Positions 60,888 to 64,000 of a DNA stretch of 64,000 bases are shown here, piece by piece. Within the stretch, counting starts at the first letter, position 1, and every line of letters begins with the position of its first letter. The translations under genes and the position numbers were made by a program. Under the pieces are notes generated by a model that was not told the origin of the DNA, ran no database searches, and saw only the letters and a list, made by a program, of their open reading frames with translations. The DNA is from an uncultured Verrucomicrobiota bacterium (lineage in GTDB: Bacteria > Verrucomicrobiota > Verrucomicrobiia > Opitutales > UBA9783), in assembly GCA_946186275.1 (NCBI GenBank), contig CAMHMO010000005.1, forward strand, positions 5,087 through 69,086, written 5' to 3'.

Positions 60888-61109
60888 CAGGCGCATAAAC
60901 CGCGTTTGAAAGTTTGTGTGCGGTGCCGTTTGTTGGCGGAACATTGGGGAGTGGTCTCGTAAACGCGGGAAGAAGCTGTTTTTTGGGAAACGGAGCGGGT
61001 GTTGAAGTCAAAGATTTTGGGTGACGACAAATCATAGGCGGTCGTCGTTTTCTGCCGTCGAACGCATTGCCTTGTCTTTGGTACGAAAAAACGCCTCAAT
61101 TTCTTATGC

Positions 61110-62309
61110 ATGGCGGCTTGGTCGGTTTTGCTCGTCGTAACGCTGTTGGAAGGATTGAGCGGACTCGGGCGTACGGCGGCGTTCAGTCCGTTTTTGAATG
61201 ACCTTTGTCGGGATTTATCCTTATCGCGTACCCAAATCAGCGCGGCGTATGCATTGGCGCATCTGGCGACGATGTTCGTACTGCCAAGCATCGGGCGGTT
61301 GTTTGATCGCGCTTCGTTTCCGAAGTTTTTAAGTATCTTTACGCTCCTGTTCGGTATTTCCTTCGTCGGCATGAGCGGTCTGGGAATAATAGGAACCACA
61401 CCGTTGGTAAGTTTATTTATCCTGTGGTTCGGAACCTTCGGCATCCGCATGGCATTGCATTCGTATTCCATTGCGGGACGCTCGACGATCGCCCTGTGGT
61501 TTCCAAAGAAGCGCGGCGTCGCCATGGGAATTTATACCTTATTTACGACGCTCATCGGTTCCGCCGTCCCGTCGATCGCGTATCATTTGCATCAACACTT
61601 TACGTGGGCGGGCGTTTGGGTGACCATCGGTCTGCTGTGGATATGGATGCTGTTGCTCTGTCCGTGCTCCGCCAAACCGCCGCCGCAAAACATACCGACG
61701 GTATCATCACCGTTGCCGTCGTCGTCCGAGAAAAAAGCAACCTGTCAACCGATGGTGTTTTACTTTGTGATGATGACCCTGTTTTTTAAAGCCTTTCAAA
61801 ACACGGGCATTACGTTGCACTGGATGCCGATGTGTCGCGAATTCGGTGCGGATGCGGAGAAAGTTTCCTTCGGATTTATGCCGATTGCCGTTGTTTCAAT
61901 TACGACGACGTTTGTTTTCGGGCACTTTTTTAAAAAAATAACGCCTGTGACGGTGCTGTTGTTGTTTTTGAGCGCCGATTTGGGAATGTTGTGCGCCGCA
62001 AAAGCGATTGCGGCAACCGTCGGCGTGTACGGCTTTATTTTATTCACGGGGCTGTATTACGGCTTGAATAACGTTGTTGCGACATTGGTGTTGCCGGTGC
62101 TGTTCGGCGTGAGAAAAATCGGTGCACTGCACGGCTGGGCGTACGCCTTCGTGAGTTTCGGCAGTTCCGTCGGTTCGTTTTATTTCGGGTGGATGAGCGA
62201 CCGCGCGTCCTATCAAACGGCACTGTCGCTCTGTACGGTTGCGGTGTTTGTTCTGATGCTGTGCCTGTTTAGAATGCGGAAGTCGTTGCGGCGTCATGAA
62301 ACCGTTTAA
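61110..62309 (+). CDS. MFS transporter, paralog 1
   Basis: About 12 hydrophobic segments; IGRLFDR motif A; WFPKKRG.A.G. Confidence 0.85.
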   Translation: MAAWSVLLVVTLLEGLSGLGRTAAFSPFLNDLCRDLSLSRTQISAAYALAHLATMFVLPSIGRLFDRASFPKFLSIFTLLFGISFVGMSGLGIIGTTPLVSLFILWFGTFGIRMALHSYSIAGRSTIALWFPKKRGVAMGIYTLFTTLIGSAVPSIAYHLHQHFTWAGVWVTIGLLWIWMLLLCPCSAKPPPQNIPTVSSPLPSSSEKKATCQPMVFYFVMMTLFFKAFQNTGITLHWMPMCREFGADAEKVSFGFMPIAVVSITTTFVFGHFFKKITPVTVLLLFLSADLGMLCAAKAIAATVGVYGFILFTGLYYGLNNVVATLVLPVLFGVRKIGALHGWAYAFVSFGSSVGSFYFGWMSDRASYQTALSLCTVAVFVLMLCLFRMRKSLRRHETV

Positions 62310-64000
62310 CACTGTCGGTACGTTAACCGTTTTAACCCTTCTGGAAGGGTTGAGTGCGTTCGGACGAACATCGGCTCTCAGTCCGTTTTTGCCGTCGCTG
62401 TGTTCGGATTTGTCGTTGCCGCTGACGCAAATCAGCGGTGCTTATATGTTGGCAAATCTGATTGCGGGGTTGCTGTTGCCGTTTGTCGGAAAAATGTACG
62501 ATCGCATGAAATTTTCGGATTTCATGAGTACCTTTATCGCCGTTTTTGCCTCTTCTTTTGCTTTTACGGGACTGTTGGGTGTAGTAAAAAACGGCACAAA
62601 GGGATGGAATTTGCTCCCATGGCTGATTTTGCCTGTTTGTTTTGGCGTAACTCTGAATCGTGTCGGTACCGTATTGTCCGTTTTTTTCAAGAGTCGTCGA
62701 AGTCAATTTTTGGTATTTTTGACGGGAACCTGCATAATATTCGGTCTTGCTGCCGTGTATATTGTTGCAAGGAAGCCGAATTGGATCATGATGACGGCTT
62801 GCGTATTTTCATGTTTGGCGGAGTTGATATTGGTTTCTTTAAAATACGGGGAGAAAAAGTATTTTTTTCTTTTCTCCGATCTGTTAAAAGCATCCTTTAT
62901 TACCCTTATTATCGGATTTTTTTTGGGATGGGCTTGTACCACCGTTGTTTGGGTATGTTTAATTTCTTCGGTGGTGACGGGGTATAAGTTCCGGAAGAGA
63001 AAGCAAATTTCCGATGCATTGGATGTAATATTGTGTTCCTGTGGGCTTAAAATGGCTTTTGGTTGGACTTGGTCGGCGGTTTGTTGGCTGTGTTGTGTCT
63101 TATTTTTATCGAACTGTATATTGAATCACATTCGTCCCAGGGGTGAGAATATGATTTGCAACGGTGTTGGCTGTACCGACTATGTTCCCTTGCGGCGACT
63201 TGAAAATCTGGCTGTCGTGTTCCCTGGTTTGTTCTTTTTGCTCCGCGCGGATACCTTCCCGATATGGATTGTGTTTGCAATACTTACATGCGCTTTCATC
63301 GGTATACGAATTTCCGTACAGGCATACGCATTGGCGGGACGTTCGTGGCTGGCGATGCATTTTTCGAAACGCCGCGGGTTTGCAACGGGATGCGTACAAC
63401 TGTGTGTGACGATGATAACGGCTTCGACACCTGTCATTTGTTACCAAATCAGTCAATGTTGGACATGGACGGTGTTTTTTTGTGTATTGGGCAATGTTTG
63501 GTGTATCGGATTGATTGTATGTGCTTTTCTTCATGATAAACCGCGAACAAAACGACCGTCGAAAATATCGACCTTTGGAGCGATACGACAGTTCCAAAAC
63601 GACAATCGATTTCTGTTCGGTTTTCTTTGGCTGACACTTTTTTTTCGAAATGCACAGAACAGCGGTATTGCGTTTCATCTGGTGCCGATGTGTCGCGATT
63701 TTGGCGTAAACGCAAAAGCGGTTTCGGCGGCGTTTCTGCCGATCTCGTTTCTGGCGATCGGTATGACGTTTTTGTTCGGACATTATTTTAAACGGTTCGG
63801 TTCGCGAATGTCTCTGGGATTGTTTTTGTTGTCCGATGCGGGGATGTTGTATGCGGTGAAACATATCGATATAGGCGGGATGCTTTGGTTGTTTATCGCC
63901 TGCACGGGGATTTATTGGGGCATCAACAACATTATTGCTTCCATGGTCATTCCGGCGCTGTTCGGTACAAACCGCATCGGTGCGTTGAACGGCTTTGCAT
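62296..64000 (+). CDS. MFS transporter, paralog 2, with a large hydrophobic insertion (runs off the window; absent from the ORF track)
   Basis: Translated by hand: open from ATG 62296 to the window end. LLEGLSAFGRTSALSPFL, VGKMYDR, GIR...AGRS...FSKRRGFATG and NAQNSGIAFHLVPMCRDFG match paralog 1. Confidence 0.88.
   Translation, partial: MKPFNTVGTLTVLTLLEGLSAFGRTSALSPFLPSLCSDLSLPLTQISGAYMLANLIAGLLLPFVGKMYDRMKFSDFMSTFIAVFASSFAFTGLLGVVKNGTKGWNLLPWLILPVCFGVTLNRVGTVLSVFFKSRRSQFLVFLTGTCIIFGLAAVYIVARKPNWIMMTACVFSCLAELILVSLKYGEKKYFFLFSDLLKASFITLIIGFFLGWACTTVVWVCLISSVVTGYKFRKRKQISDALDVILCSCGLKMAFGWTWSAVCWLCCVLFLSNCILNHIRPRGENMICNGVGCTDYVPLRRLENLAVVFPGLFFLLRADTFPIWIVFAILTCAFIGIRISVQAYALAGRSWLAMHFSKRRGFATGCVQLCVTMITASTPVICYQISQCWTWTVFFCVLGNVWCIGLIVCAFLHDKPRTKRPSKISTFGAIRQFQNDNRFLFGFLWLTLFFRNAQNSGIAFHLVPMCRDFGVNAKAVSAAFLPISFLAIGMTFLFGHYFKRFGSRMSLGLFLLSDAGMLYAVKHIDIGGMLWLFIACTGIYWGINNIIASMVIPALFGTNRIGALNGFA

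Overview
Chromosomal window from a bacterium that is most likely a member of the Verrucomicrobiota (Opitutales/Puniceicoccales-like). This is inferred from the PVC-type EF-Tu effector loop ([15 protein letters not shown]), a Minf_1886-like gene and a degenerate DksA finger; no database search was run, and all family calls come from motif recognition. About half of the window (15.4-45.5 kb) is one contiguous tRNA-Thr-tuf-tRNA-Trp-secE-nusG-rplKAJL-rpoBC-str-S10-spc-alpha cluster. The best candidate for a new system is a compact, intact cluster of about 10.3 kb on the minus strand (2350-12689) between lspA and a beta-barrel gene. It carries Mu-like genes for terminase, portal, protease, cement, capsid, head-tail connector and tail tip. 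It has no integrase, transposase, repressor, replication, endolysin, sheath or tape-measure gene, so it looks like a domesticated, gene-transfer-agent-like head module. Other notable points: (1) two paralogous outer-membrane beta-barrel genes, each with a simple-sequence repeat ((CT)10 in one promoter spacer, G10 in the other CDS); (2) a diverged duplicate of the nusB 3' end forming a 43-aa mini-ORF coupled to ftsY; (3) a 1147-aa secreted protein with three unrecognised tandem domains; (4) an MFS paralog, missed by the ORF track, with an insertion of about 220 aa; (5) an orphan zeta-like kinase; (6) an S12 with substitutions in the streptomycin loop.
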